A stretch of 63,565 nucleotides of DNA, filler included. It is 13 parts of 13 records of this genome, joined end to end, with 100 filler letters (N's around TTAATTAATTAA, not from the genome) between each part and the next. Parts side by side here need not be neighbours in the genome. Positions count along the whole stretch, not along the records: positions 34,583 to 43,543 come from SRR7504441_29308; positions 43,644 to 52,977 come from SRR7504441_29332; 11 more parts are not named here. One strand, 5' to 3'. Below, piece after piece: positions 34,583 to 46,130 of this stretch; positions within the stretch are counted from its first letter, which is position 1, and each line of letters starts with the position of its first letter. The position numbers were made by a program, and so were the translations under genes. The notes beneath the pieces are model-generated. The model made no database searches. It was given only the letters and a program-made list of their open reading frames with translations, and had not been told where the DNA came from.

Positions 34583-36736
34583 CCCCGGCATCCCCGGCAT
34601 CCCCGGCATCCCAGGCATAAATGGCATGCCTGGCATCGCTGGCATCTTTGGCGCTGCCGCCGCACCCGCCGCCCCCTGCACCAGGCTCCTTGTCAGCCCC
34701 CTCTTCAGCACCAGGCAGCCGCACCGGGGCAGGTGTCAAATCCCCATGCGAGTATTTGCAGGTGCTATAAATGCACTGACCCCTGCAAACCGCATTGTCA
34801 GCCCAGGCCCCTGTGGCCAGTCACATTTTGAAATCTCGGCAGATCTCTCGACCATATTTATCGTGAGAAGCCAACAAGTCTACCCCTCCTGGAGCCGGCA
34901 TACCTCCAGCTGCACCGGCAGCGCCCCCCGCGGTGGCCGCCTGAGCAGTGCTGTTGAGCTGCCAGCGCCGATTAGCACCCCACAGCACAGGCAGGCAAAT
35001 CACCCCGAGCTCTGCAGCAAATGAAGCATACTCGTCTGCAGTCACACCAGGCGTGCTATTTGATGTCGGCAGCAAGCCTGCAGTACAGTGAACCACGCGC
35101 ACTGGCCGAGGTGGCACCGCCGCGCCTCTTGGCTTCTATCATAGCGTGCTGCTGCACTGTGTTGATCACATTATCCTCCAGCTGAGCCTGTGAGATCCCC
35201 AGGATTCCGCCACTAGACGCCACAAGATCTCTAGAATCTGGCAGCAGCTGCTCTTTCCTCATGGTGCCTGGCCAGTGGCTCGGGCCGCCCAAACCCCTCA
35301 GGCGCACCATTGAGCACAGCCAGCTCTAGCAGCTGGGTCCTTGAGATTTGGTCAAACGCTGGGTCCTCCGGATGCAGGAAAGGCTGCAGCTGGCGCTCCG
35401 CCTCTGCCAGCTGCTCATCTGTTTCATAGTGTATCCAGATCTGACCCGACCGGCTCAGCTGCGGCCTTGGGTCGGGCTCACGTGGGTTTTCTCCCCGTGT
35501 CCTGGCGGATCCTTACCATCGTGTGTCTGGCGATAAATCGTCACCTTGCTATCCGTCATCGAATCCTTCCCTCGAACCATCACTGTGGCGCCTGCCCCGG
35601 TCGTGCCTGAGCGCTGGCTGCTGGGCAGCAGGCGCACCGCTAGTGGCCGAGATCTTCTTGAGAGTGTTGCCACGGGGCCCGATGATGAGTCCAATAAAGT
35701 TATGCTCGGGCCACAGTTGAATCTGCCACACTCGTCGCACAGACCCTAATCACGGCACGCACCACTTCATCGATGAAAATCTTCTTTTCTCGCCGACCTT
35801 TGTGCACCATTTGCCCCTGAGCACCAGTCAGCCTGCCAGGCACGTGGCTGGGCAGGCGCCTTCATCCTTGGATTGCCCTCGAGAGCACGCTGCATCAGCA
35901 TCTTCTGCTCGTCCTCAAGCTTGATCCGGATCCGCTGATCATGGTTGTTGATACGAAACCCTTTCTCGTCGTACACCGGATCAGGCGAAGGCGACCTGCC
36001 ACCCGTCCTGCAGGCCCACAGCAGGCTGCTCACCGCTCCTCTTCCGGCCTGTCGTCGATCAGATTGGGCTGAGCCAGCACGCTGCGGATGGTGAGCAGCC
36101 GTGACTGGATCTTTTCGTACTCGTTCCGCCAGTCGATCAGCTCTTGCATCTGCCCCGCCAGCTGCCGCTGACTCGAGAGTGCAGTCGCACCTCCAGCCTC
36201 TGTCGCTGTCCATCGTCGCCCTTCTCCCACCGGCTCTTCCGGCCGCTCTTGAGCATGCCGGGCACGGGCTCGGGCTCGACCTCGGCGCCCCATCTGCCGC
36301 GCGCCGCACCGGTCAGCACCGCACCCTGGGTGGTGCGTACCTGGACTTACGCTTCTTGGGTTCCTCGGCCGCAGCCGGGTCGGGGTTGGGCCCCCACTTG
36401 CTCTTGCGCTTGCTCCCTGCGCCAACCGCGATGGCTCAGCGACAGCCCTGTGCGCATGCCCTGCGCACCAGGTGACGGCTTCTTATCGGCGGCGCCCTCG
36501 GCGCCCGTCGTCGCTGCAGGCCCTGGCGCGCTGGCCTGGGCAGCGGATGCCGGCTCCGCGCCGGTGTCGTGAGCTGCTGCTGCCGGGGCTGCAGCCGCTT
36601 CGGCCGCAGCAGGCTCCGCGCTGGTTCCAGGCCCGGCTGCTGGGTCGCAAACCGGGAGGGTGTACATCCTCGCGGCCGGCTCGGCCGGCTTGTGCAACGA
36701 GGCGAGCGCCGCCTCACGGGCGGTGGCCTCCTCCAT
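34583..36736 (-). CDS. SF1: Splicing factor 1 / branchpoint-binding protein (KH-QUA2), with CCCH finger and Pro/Gly/Met tail; 3' truncated
   Basis: GRKSRW (ULM), RSPSPDPVYD, PEHNFIGLIIGPRGNTLKK, VRGKDS, QUA2 RTQLLELAVLNG; spliced EICRDFKMGQCIYSTCKYSH; (PGM)n at 34583-34635. Confidence 0.88.
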
Positions 36737-36893
36737 CTGCGACTGCCCTCGGCTCCGGTGTAAGCTCTCGAAACCCTCGAGCAGCACGAGCGGCCTCACG
36801 CGCCTACGTGTTCTGTCCCGGCCGCGGGAATTTCTTTTCGGCCGGCCTTCGACTCACTCGACTGGTTGAAGCCGCAGTGTGGGCGGCAGCGTG

Positions 36894-38136
36894 ATGGGTC
36901 GAGGCACTGTCAACGCGACGACGGGCGGGCACGACCCGGCGCACCCGCAGGCCTGGACCCCCAACCAGCACGGGGCGTTTGTGGATGAGGCCACGCACCA
37001 GCGGGTGGTCAAGCACGGGGATCACTTCGATCGCGTGCTGACCCCCAACCAGTCGTCGCACGTATTCACGGCGCTGCTCTTAATCATCATCCTCACACAG
37101 ATAGGGCTCCACACCTGGAAGAAATACAGGCCGATCGCCCCCGGCCCGCCTGCTGGCTGACGCCTGCGGGCAGGTTCCGATCCTTCCAGATCGTGACTCT
37201 GGTCGGGCTCTGGGTCCTCCCGATCTGCATGGCCTGCTACGTACTCAGCTGGAAGTGCTGCCGGCCGGGTCTGCTGGTGTTTCTCAGTCCGCCGGCAGGT
37301 TTGCGCTGGCCTGGCTGGCCTTCTCCTGCAAGAGCGCCCAAATGTTCCACCTCGCCCGCCAGGGAGACAAAATGGCCAAGGACGTGCCCAGGCAGCCCTG
37401 CAGCTCGGGCCCGGGGCTCACTGCGGGCAGGCGGGTATATGGCTTCTTCTTTCGGGTGTATCGCGGCACGTTTGCGCTGTCTTCGTTTGGTTACGGTTGC
37501 ATCCTGATGAACATCTTCGGGATATCGCTGCTGCTCAGAATCCACCACATAGTCGCTTCGGTGCGCTGGCACCGGCAGCCGGCCGCTGAGGGCTGGCTGC
37601 AGATCGGGCTGCAGGCGGTGTTCTACGGGCTGTACTTTGGCGTGATGGGCCGGGACTGTGCCGAGCTCTGCTCCGAGTACATGGCACGGGGCGTCGGGGT
37701 GACGAAAGCCCAGCAGAAGTACTATGATGCTTCCCGCTGTGCAATATGCTCGCTCGAGTTCAGAGTACGCGCTCTGGTCTGCCTGGGTCTGAACAGAGCG
37801 CAGGATCCCGAATCGGAGGACATGAGCAGCGAGCCGGCGTACGCACTGGCATGTGGACACCTCTTTCACGAGCATTGTATTCGCGGCTGGGCGCTGGTAG
37901 GTAAGCGGGATACCTGCCCGCTGTGCGACGAGAAGGTGGGCGCAACGTGCGGAGGTGTATCCTGAGCTTGAATCCGGCAGGTGGATATGAAAGGGTTTAG
38001 CAAGACGCCGTGGGGGCTGGATGGCAAGGGGGCCTTATGGGGGCAGCTGCTGGACGCGGTGAGGTACCTAGTGGTGTGGAACCCGGTGATCCTGCTGCTC
38101 ATCAACGGTGGGATGCACCTCTTTGGACTTCATTGA
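36894..38136 (+). CDS. RNF121: RNF121/RNF175-like multipass membrane RING-H2 E3 ligase
   Basis: WKKYR..[77 protein letters not shown]. Confidence 0.9.
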
Positions 38137-38507
38137 TCTGTCTGGACTTCATCCTCACTTTCTGTCTGGACTTACATCATGCATACAATACGACTTTACA
38201 TGTATAGACAATAGAATAATATAACGTTAGTGAATTGACAGATTTGCCATGCGTTCGGCATAGTACTGATTCGCCGGGTTCTTGCTACACGCGTACGTAA
38301 GTGTTCCGACGGTACCGATGCCAGTTCATTAGCTCGATTGACATGTACAGGACATCAATCATTTAATGTTAATAGAGACACTCTTGTTAGGTTGAATCTT
38401 AAATTATGAAATCCTATCTGGCGGCATTGAACTAGTATTAGCACTAAGCAGGTCCAAAGTAAATTGTAAGTCAAGACTGGCACTCTCTTGTTCAAGTCTT
38501 TACGTCT

Positions 38508-41500
38508 TTAGTTGATGGGTGCCTTGGCTTTCTTCTTCAACATCTTCTCGTACTTCTTGGCATCCTCTGGACGATTCACTTGCTTAAACAAAGTGACGAG
38601 CTGATTTAATGCGTGTGTCTTTTGCCGCTCATCCTCCGCCACCCCACTGTCAACCACCTTTAAATACTCACAGATTGCATCATCGTTCCGACTGTCTGCA
38701 GCCAATGCATCCGCCAGACCCACCCTCACAGTGGCGTCCTCCCTCAGCATCAGCGCCCGGCGAAGCGCCTGCTCAGCAATATTGGGCTTGCCAGCCGCCA
38801 CATACAGTGCGCCCAGCTGTTGCAGCACCGAGGCCCGATCCACGCCCCGCTGCAACGCAAACTGGAGTGCCCGGTCGGCTTCCTCGTCCCTCTTGAGCTG
38901 CATGCAGGTGAGGCAGATGTACGCCCAGACCACCCCGCTCTGGTTGTCAGCAATGTTGGCTTCAACCAGCGCCTCCTCCGCCTGATCATACTGGCCGCGC
39001 ATGTAGCATGCAATCCCGACTCCAAGCCAGGAGGAGGCCGTGCTGAACGTGGAGCACGCCTTGAGGAAGACTTGTTTGGCCCGCTCCAGCTGCTCCTGCC
39101 CGCCGTTGTCGAGCAAGAGCTGGCCGAGCCGCAAGTACACTGCATTGTCCATTGGCTCCTCTCGAATCTGCAGTGCTTTCTCGTACGACGCAATGGCCTC
39201 GTTGCTTTGCTTCTGGAAGAATTGGACATGGGCGAGCAGTGTCCATCCCTCGAGCGACTCCGGCTCGATCGCCAGCGCCTCCTGCAAGTTCTCCTCAGAC
39301 CGGCTGAAGTCCTGCCGCTGCATGTACAGCCGCGCAAAGCAGCAGAAAGCCTGCACTGACCTGCCGGTCAGACTGTGGGTCATCACGAGTGCCTTCTCAG
39401 CCAGCGTGGTGGCATGCAAGTCCAACAGGAACGAAGCAGCCTGCAGGTGGCCAGCCCCGGCCTCGAGGTTGTTCTCTAGCTTGTGGATCCCAGGCTTATC
39501 CTCGTAGCTCTTTGGGGTGACCGGCGAGGCCTCGATCTTGCCCGTGTCTATATCTTTCTGGATGGTCATCGCCTTCATGTGGCAGTGGGCTGCGTCCTCA
39601 GGCCGCTCGACCAGGTCAAACAACATGCCTCGGATCGCCCAGCACACCACCATATTTGGCTCAAGGTCAAGTGCCCCCTGCAGGAAGGCCTCTGCCTCCT
39701 CATAGCTTTCCCGCATCGCGAGATTGACCGCATACACCGTCAGTGAGAGAACATCCTTGCTCTCGAGGGCGAGCGACTCACGCAAGCACTCTTCAGCTTT
39801 AGTCATATCGTGCGCCCTCAGGGCAAACAGCCCATAGTCGTGCCAGAGCGCTGGGTCTGAGTCATCCATAATAATGCACTCCTGCCGCCACTTGCTCGCT
39901 TGGTCGAATTTGAGCTGCAGCTCGGCCTCTTCCGCGAGCCTGGTACAGGCTGCGATTGTGCCCACCTCGGGCACCGGGTCACTGTAGGTCGAGTCGCGTG
40001 CTTCCTGCTCGAATGTTGCGTTGATTGCGTGCATTGTGTTCTCCATTAGATAGACGTACAGGTCGTTGTAGAAGTTAGCCAAGTCCTCCGCGGACTCAGA
40101 TCCGTCCTTCTTGTACTTTTCTCGCACCACTCTCACTACCTGTCACCCAACTCAGCCCCAACAGACCAACCGAGCTGGCTCAGACCGCTTTCTTGAGAGT
40201 CTCCTTGAATGCGTGATACTTGCCGCTAGTAGTGAGCTGGTACATGAAGTCTTTCTTCATCTCGTCGCTGGTGCTCGGTGCCCCGGGGTACTGAATCCGA
40301 TACTCGGCCACCAGCTCGTTGATTGTGTTCTTCACGTTCTGTTGCAGCTCGAGCGCCGCGTCCTTGGGCTGCACAAACCTCGGCAGCGGCGGGCGCGGCG
40401 GCACCAGGTCCCCGGGCGCCAATGACGGCCTGCCAGCCAGTCAGGAGGCCGGTTAGATGGGAGAGACCTGCGGGGAGTTGGCGGCCGGGGCACGATTGGC
40501 GTATCGAGGGTGAAGCTGATGCTCAGCACGGTCTTGCTCACAGCGTAGACCCCACCGTTGGCCTCCATCGGGGGGACATCCTCCTCCAGCACCAGCTGGC
40601 TCGGCGGGCCCTTTTTGGTTTTGCCCATAGGCTCAGGCTCGTCCATCGGCGTTCTCGTCGCCAGCACCTCAATATCTCCGCCAGCCGTGCACTCGCCGGG
40701 GAGCGCCAGCCGGGACATGTCCACCTGGGCGGCCCCGGTGTACCGCGGCTGGTTTTGATCTATCCAGTCCTTGTTCTGCTCGGCCACAGCCGCGGCTATC
40801 GTGCGGGTCAGCGACACGCTGACTTCTATTTCCTCCTCAGCCATTTCCTTGATCTTATCCATTGCGTCCGGAGTCATAAACCAGCGCCGGCTGTACTCCC
40901 ACTGCACACGCGGCTGCTGCGGCTCGGCCGGCTCCTCGGACTCCTCCTCCGCTGGGGGTTCTGGCATCTTGAGCACTCCCCCAGGGATTTCGACTCTCGT
41001 CTCCTCGCCTCCAATCGGCAGACTGAGTGACAGCATGTACTCAAACAGCTCAGCGTCGGGCATGTCCTTGCCCTCGGTGCTCAGCCAGCCGGCCGGCAGC
41101 GACACGGCGGTGCTGCGCTCTCGGTCAGTCGACCGCCAGCGGAGAGAGCGGCGTACCCGGCAGCGACTGTGACGAAGTTGCTCAGCTCGAGCTGCTGCTC
41201 TGAGAACGGCGGTTCCCCCAGCGAGGCCACCAGCTGCCCGGGTGGCTCGGGCCCTGGCGGCCGGCGGGGAGCACCTCGATGGTCGGGACAGGCTTGTCTG
41301 GGTCCACAGGCGGCGGGACCAGCTCGTCCTCCGGGGGCGGGAACTGCACCGGGAGCAGCCCACCCACCTGCCGGCGGCTCAGCGGGCCGGTCCAGCCGCA
41401 CAGGTCGCCTGCTCGGCCCCTTGCAGCAGCTCGGCCAGCCGGAGCGACACAGTGCCCACTGTCTCCTCGCCGGACATCAGGCTGGCGGTCAGCTCGGTGC

Positions 41501-41785
41501 CGGCCAGCATGTCGAACGCCTCCTGGCCGACCGGACGCTGGATCGTGTGCGTCAGCTCGTACGCCGGGCACGGTCCGAGCAGCTGTCCCCCGCTCCAGGC
41601 TGGCCCCGGGCGCGGGGCACCTCCTCGGTGGCGATCGGCTCGGCCTCGCCCGGGAAGCTGAGTGTGACTCGGGAGGGCCACTCGTCCGACCCGTCGCCGA
41701 GCTCGGCCCCGGCCCCGATGCGGAGGGTCAGCTCGATCATCGGCGGGGCCGGCTCCTCGCACTCCTGCGGCTCCTCCTCGCCCAT
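38508..41785 (-). CDS. CFAP70: Cilia- and flagella-associated protein 70 (TPR)
   Basis: SGKYHAFKETLKKA-VVRVVREKY, FYNDLYVYL, WHDYGLFALR..KAEECLRESL, SSWLGVGIACY, AEEALVEANIADN..VWAY; C-terminal TPR array. Confidence 0.85.
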
Positions 41786-41912
41786 CGCAGTCGGCGTGCT
41801 ATCCTGGTCTATAAATATCATGCAATTTCGTGCTGCAAGTACGAAGTTGGCAACACTGCGGTGCAGGCCCAGTTGGACAGAGGGAGCCAGCAGCAGCGGT
41901 CGGAACGCTGCC

Positions 41913-43324
41913 ATGCCGACTATCCGGGACTTTAAGGCGGGTCGGCAGCAGCCGGGTGGCTCACTCGGCGCAGGTCGAAAAGGTGCTCGGCCGGGGCACC
42001 TACGGCACCGTCTACAGGTCGGCCGCCGCCGGGGGCCCCGCCCGACCCACTGCAGGGTCTGCCGGCTGTCCGACGGCCAGAAGTACGCGATGAAGCAGAT
42101 CGACATCGCCAAGATGTCGCCCAAGGAGCGGTGAGCCACCCGGCCGCCTGCCGAGCCCTGACCGGTTGGGATGCAGCAAGTCGCTGGTGACCGAGGTGCG
42201 GGTGCTGGCCGCGCTCGATTCACCGTACATCATACGGTGCGGCCGCGGACGGGGGGCTGGCGAGCGCGGGGGCAGCTTCTACGAGTGCTTCGTGCAGGAC
42301 GACAAACTGCACATTGTGACCGACTATGCAGCGTATGGGGACCTGCTCCGGCAGCTGCGCAAGCACGCCCAGCACAAGACTCAGTTCTCGGAGCGGGCGG
42401 TGTGGTCGTTCTTCCTGCAGCTGTGCCTGGGGATCCAGTACCTGCACGGGCACGGGATCCTGCACAGGGATATCAAGGCAGCCAACGTATTCATAGACGG
42501 CGAGGGCTGCCTCAAGATTGGGGACTTTGGGATCGCAAAGATCCTCAGGCCCGGCGCGATGAAAGCGCACGCCCAGATAGGCTCCCCGTACTATGTCTCG
42601 CCCGAAATGTGGCAAAAGAAGCCGTACGATACTAAGTCGGATGTCTGGGCGATAGGGTCAGGCCGCCACCGGTTCTCAGCTCACTGCCAGCGCCAGGTGC
42701 TTTTTGTACGAACTGATCGCACTGCAGCCGCCGTTCCAAGCCAAAGACATCGATGGGCTCTCGCGTAAGATCCTGACCGGGCGGTGCCCGGCTGGGCTGG
42801 CTGGGCGCTCAGTTTGTGGCAGGTTCGACCCTTTGCCTGGGAGCACCAACCGAGCACTACAGGGGATCATCGAGCGATTGCTGGTGCTCGACCCGACTCA
42901 GCGGCCGAGCGTGGACGAGCTGCTCAGCTGGCCGGAGCTCCAGGAGCAAATGCATCTAGTGCCCCGCCGGAGCCAGCAGAGGGCGCCAGTCAAGGTCAGC
43001 TGCCGGCTGGCTGGCTGGCGAGTGGCCGGGCAGCGGGCTAAGCCAGCCAAGCATCTAGATCTGGAGAACACGATCGGCACGCCGCGCAAGATGGCCGACT
43101 TGAACCATTTCCTACCACACGAGACTCGCTACGAGCCTCATGCAGGCGAGCCGGCAAGGGCAGAGCGACAGCCAAGGGCGAATGTAACTAAGAGGAGCAG
43201 CAGACAGAGGGCCGAGCGACAGCACAGCCAAAGCTGCCTGCTACCGGCGATTAACAGACAAGCGGATGAGCCCGGCCGAGCGTCGTGGGAGGCACGATCC
43301 CGAGGGCGCGGAGTGAGACGATGA
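41913..43324 (+). CDS. NIMA-related (NEK) Ser/Thr kinase, about 8 introns
   Basis: LGRGTYGTVY, YAMKQI, EVRVLAALDSPYII, ILHRDIKAANVF, KIGDFGIAK, IGSPYYVSPE, PYDTKSDVWA. Confidence 0.92.
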
Positions 43325-43643
43325 CGGCAACATCCTTAACTAGTAAAAGAGTATCAGTACATTTATTAGAAAGTCGGAACCACATTACCTATCGTCCTGC
43401 TATCGTCTTACTGTTGTCATTGATATAAGGAGAAATAACTACAGTAATGATTATCCCGCGACCGCGCGGCCTGGCTTGGTTCGGGTGCTTGCCATCGCTC
43501 AAATCGGAGAGATGGTGGAGGCGCTGACTGGCAAGGCGGTGGTNNNNNNNNNNNNNNNNNNNNNNNNNNNNNNNNNNNNNNNNNNNNTTAATTAATTAAN
43601 NNNNNNNNNNNNNNNNNNNNNNNNNNNNNNNNNNNNNNNNNNN

Positions 43644-45892
43644 AGAGCCACCCCCACCCTATTAGTTCGGTCCTGTTCGGTGTTCTCTACAATAAACGGG
43701 ATCCCCGCCCGCAGAGTTGGTGTTTCTCGGGCATTTGTGTGCTTGAGCTTGATCAGATGCGGCCACTTTGCCTGAATCTCATGCCAGAGGTCACTCAGTA
43801 TTGCCGGGATGGCGCATCTCTCTCTCTCGGCCCAGTCACACCATTGGTCGTAGCTGCTTCTCTTGCCTGGGCGGCTGGCCACAAAGTAATCCTCCAGATA
43901 GCCATACTTATCCACTCTAGGGAGCTCGGACAGCCATCTCAGATACTTGCATGTGAGCTGCAGATTCGCCGGCGGGTTGTCGAGCTTTGGCCAGTGGCCC
44001 TTACCTACGTCACGTCCCATCCACTCGCCTGTACGCAGGAAGCGTTTCCGCATTGACAGCATGCTCATGGCGATGACATTGCCGCCGATCCACAGGCATG
44101 CTAGCGCTTGCACGCTGGCTGAGTCCACCTGGACTGCGTCGCACTCGTCGTTGGCGGCGCACAGCTCTGACAGTGCCGCACAAACCATCGCCAGCGCCGC
44201 AACCGCCATGCAGAAGAGCATGTAATAGTCCAGTGCAGTGGCGTAAGGCATATCTGGAAGCTTTTCAGCAATAGTGAACTTCACTGCAACGATTGCGAGC
44301 AGAAGCGCCGAGAACACAGCCATTCTATCGTTGTTCATACTTGCTTCCAGTGCAAACCCGCAGAACACGAGCGACGTGATCACAAACAGTGGTAGCAGTA
44401 CGTTGTACAGCCAAACTGAGAACTTTCGGCTCAGGAACAGCCTGACAACTACTGTCGTATATTGATTCCCCAATGCTGAGCCAGCCGTATCAGTCTCTGA
44501 GAACTCGACATCCACCTCCGTCCCCCGGTCAACGTGTTTGTGAACAGACCAGTTAGCCAGTGTATTGTTGTCCAGTTTTCCTGGAGTCAATCGCATTGGA
44601 CCAAACACGACCTTCTCAGCGTGATCCGATTCAATCAGAATATGCAGCTTCTGGTAATCAGCCGGGAACCGCCTAAGCTCATACGGCTCGGAGAACTCGC
44701 CCACAAAGTGTTGCCGGACCGTGATCATTTGGCCCTTGATCGCCCTGCCCTCACAGGGGGTCCAATCGGGCTCATCGACTGGCCGGATGTCTATCGAATT
44801 CTTCCAAATCATGTACGGGAACCACCTGTCGCTGTCGCTCTGGGCTTCCCACTGCATCTGGAGGAAGAAATGCACCAGAAAGGTCTGCTCCTTGTCATTG
44901 ATGCTTTGCAGGTGGGTCACTGTAATCGCAAACCCTACGTGCCGCCGCGGCTCCTTGAGGTACTCTTTGTCGGGCATCCTCGCGATCTCCTGCGGCGTCA
45001 TCCCGTCAAACCGGTTCAAATACTTGACAATGTGATCGCTCACATCCTTGCCGGTCTGGAACGAGGCTGCACCCAGATTGCCATGCCCATCACCGGAGAA
45101 GCGTACTCGATTAAATCGGCCTGAACTGAGCAGTTCCTTCACCTCAAGGAGGTCCCTATTGATCACGCTGATTGCATCGCGTGTGCCGTCCAGCAGCTGC
45201 CACCGGCGGTCGGGCTCTTTCAGATTCTGATACCCGCGTGCGACCAGCGGATCTGGCCCTGTGCATACGCCCACAGAGCGCGGCGCGGGGTAGGCTCCCG
45301 TAAACCACTTATTGCGCGGAGACCCCATAAGTGGCTCGTCTAGGCTCCAACCCTGGTTGAACATGTTCTGCGCCCGTATCGGATACTCAGTGCAGTCCCG
45401 GCTGTAGTGGCTCAGGTTATCGTCGTTATACACGAACAGCGTGCGCCGGGTCCTTTCCAGATCAAAGTTGTAGTCGCCGGGCTCGCCAGGCCGGTTGTAC
45501 ACATTCTCCTCGACCGTCACCCGCTCCTGCTGCCGCTTAAGCCGCCAGTGCAGCTCCCGGAGCAGCCGGCCTGGCCCGAAACTCCGGTGCCGGCCAGCCC
45601 GGGTGCCGCTCGTGATCATGTTGGCGAGCCAGCTGGCAGAGGTGCCGGGCTCGCACCCTTCGAAGTGGTCCATCCCATGGACGAGCGCCACCGTCTGCCC
45701 CCAGAGCACCAGCAAGTCCAGCGGGTGGGCCCGCAGCCCGCGCGCCTCGCCGAATTCAATCCAGCGCGTCCAGGCCAGCTCAGCCCGCTGCGCGGCGTTG
45801 ACGAAACCGCCACAGGACGAGTGGAGCTCCAGGTCGCTGAGCGAATCTCGCCGGCTCAGGTCCACCGTCAGCATCCGCATCAGGTCGCTCAT
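43644..45892 (-). CDS. Prokaryote-type (GLIC/ELIC-like, Cys-less) pentameric ligand-gated ion channel with large N-terminal extension; intronless, 3' truncated
   Basis: LQSINDKEQTFLVHFFLQMQW, WFP, Pro-loop LRRFPADYQKL, pre-M1 LSRK, M1 YNVLLPLFVI, M2 DRMAVFSALLLAIVA, LPDMPYATALDYY, M3 and M4. Confidence 0.85.
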
Positions 45893-46130
45893 CGCTGCCG
45901 CTGGCTGCTCGGGCTATGTGGGTGCCCCACTCAGCTGCCACTGTCAAACTGAAGAAATGTCAAAGCTCCGGTGGAGACTGATGGGGCCGGGAATGAGCAG
46001 AGACCTATAAGCCCGCGGTGCACATGGGTGCGATCTGAACCAGCCACTGCAGCGGTCGATCAGTAGAGACCATCGTATGGTTCTAATTTTAGCTGTACTC
46101 GTATAATTGATAATTCTAGATATATTCCTG

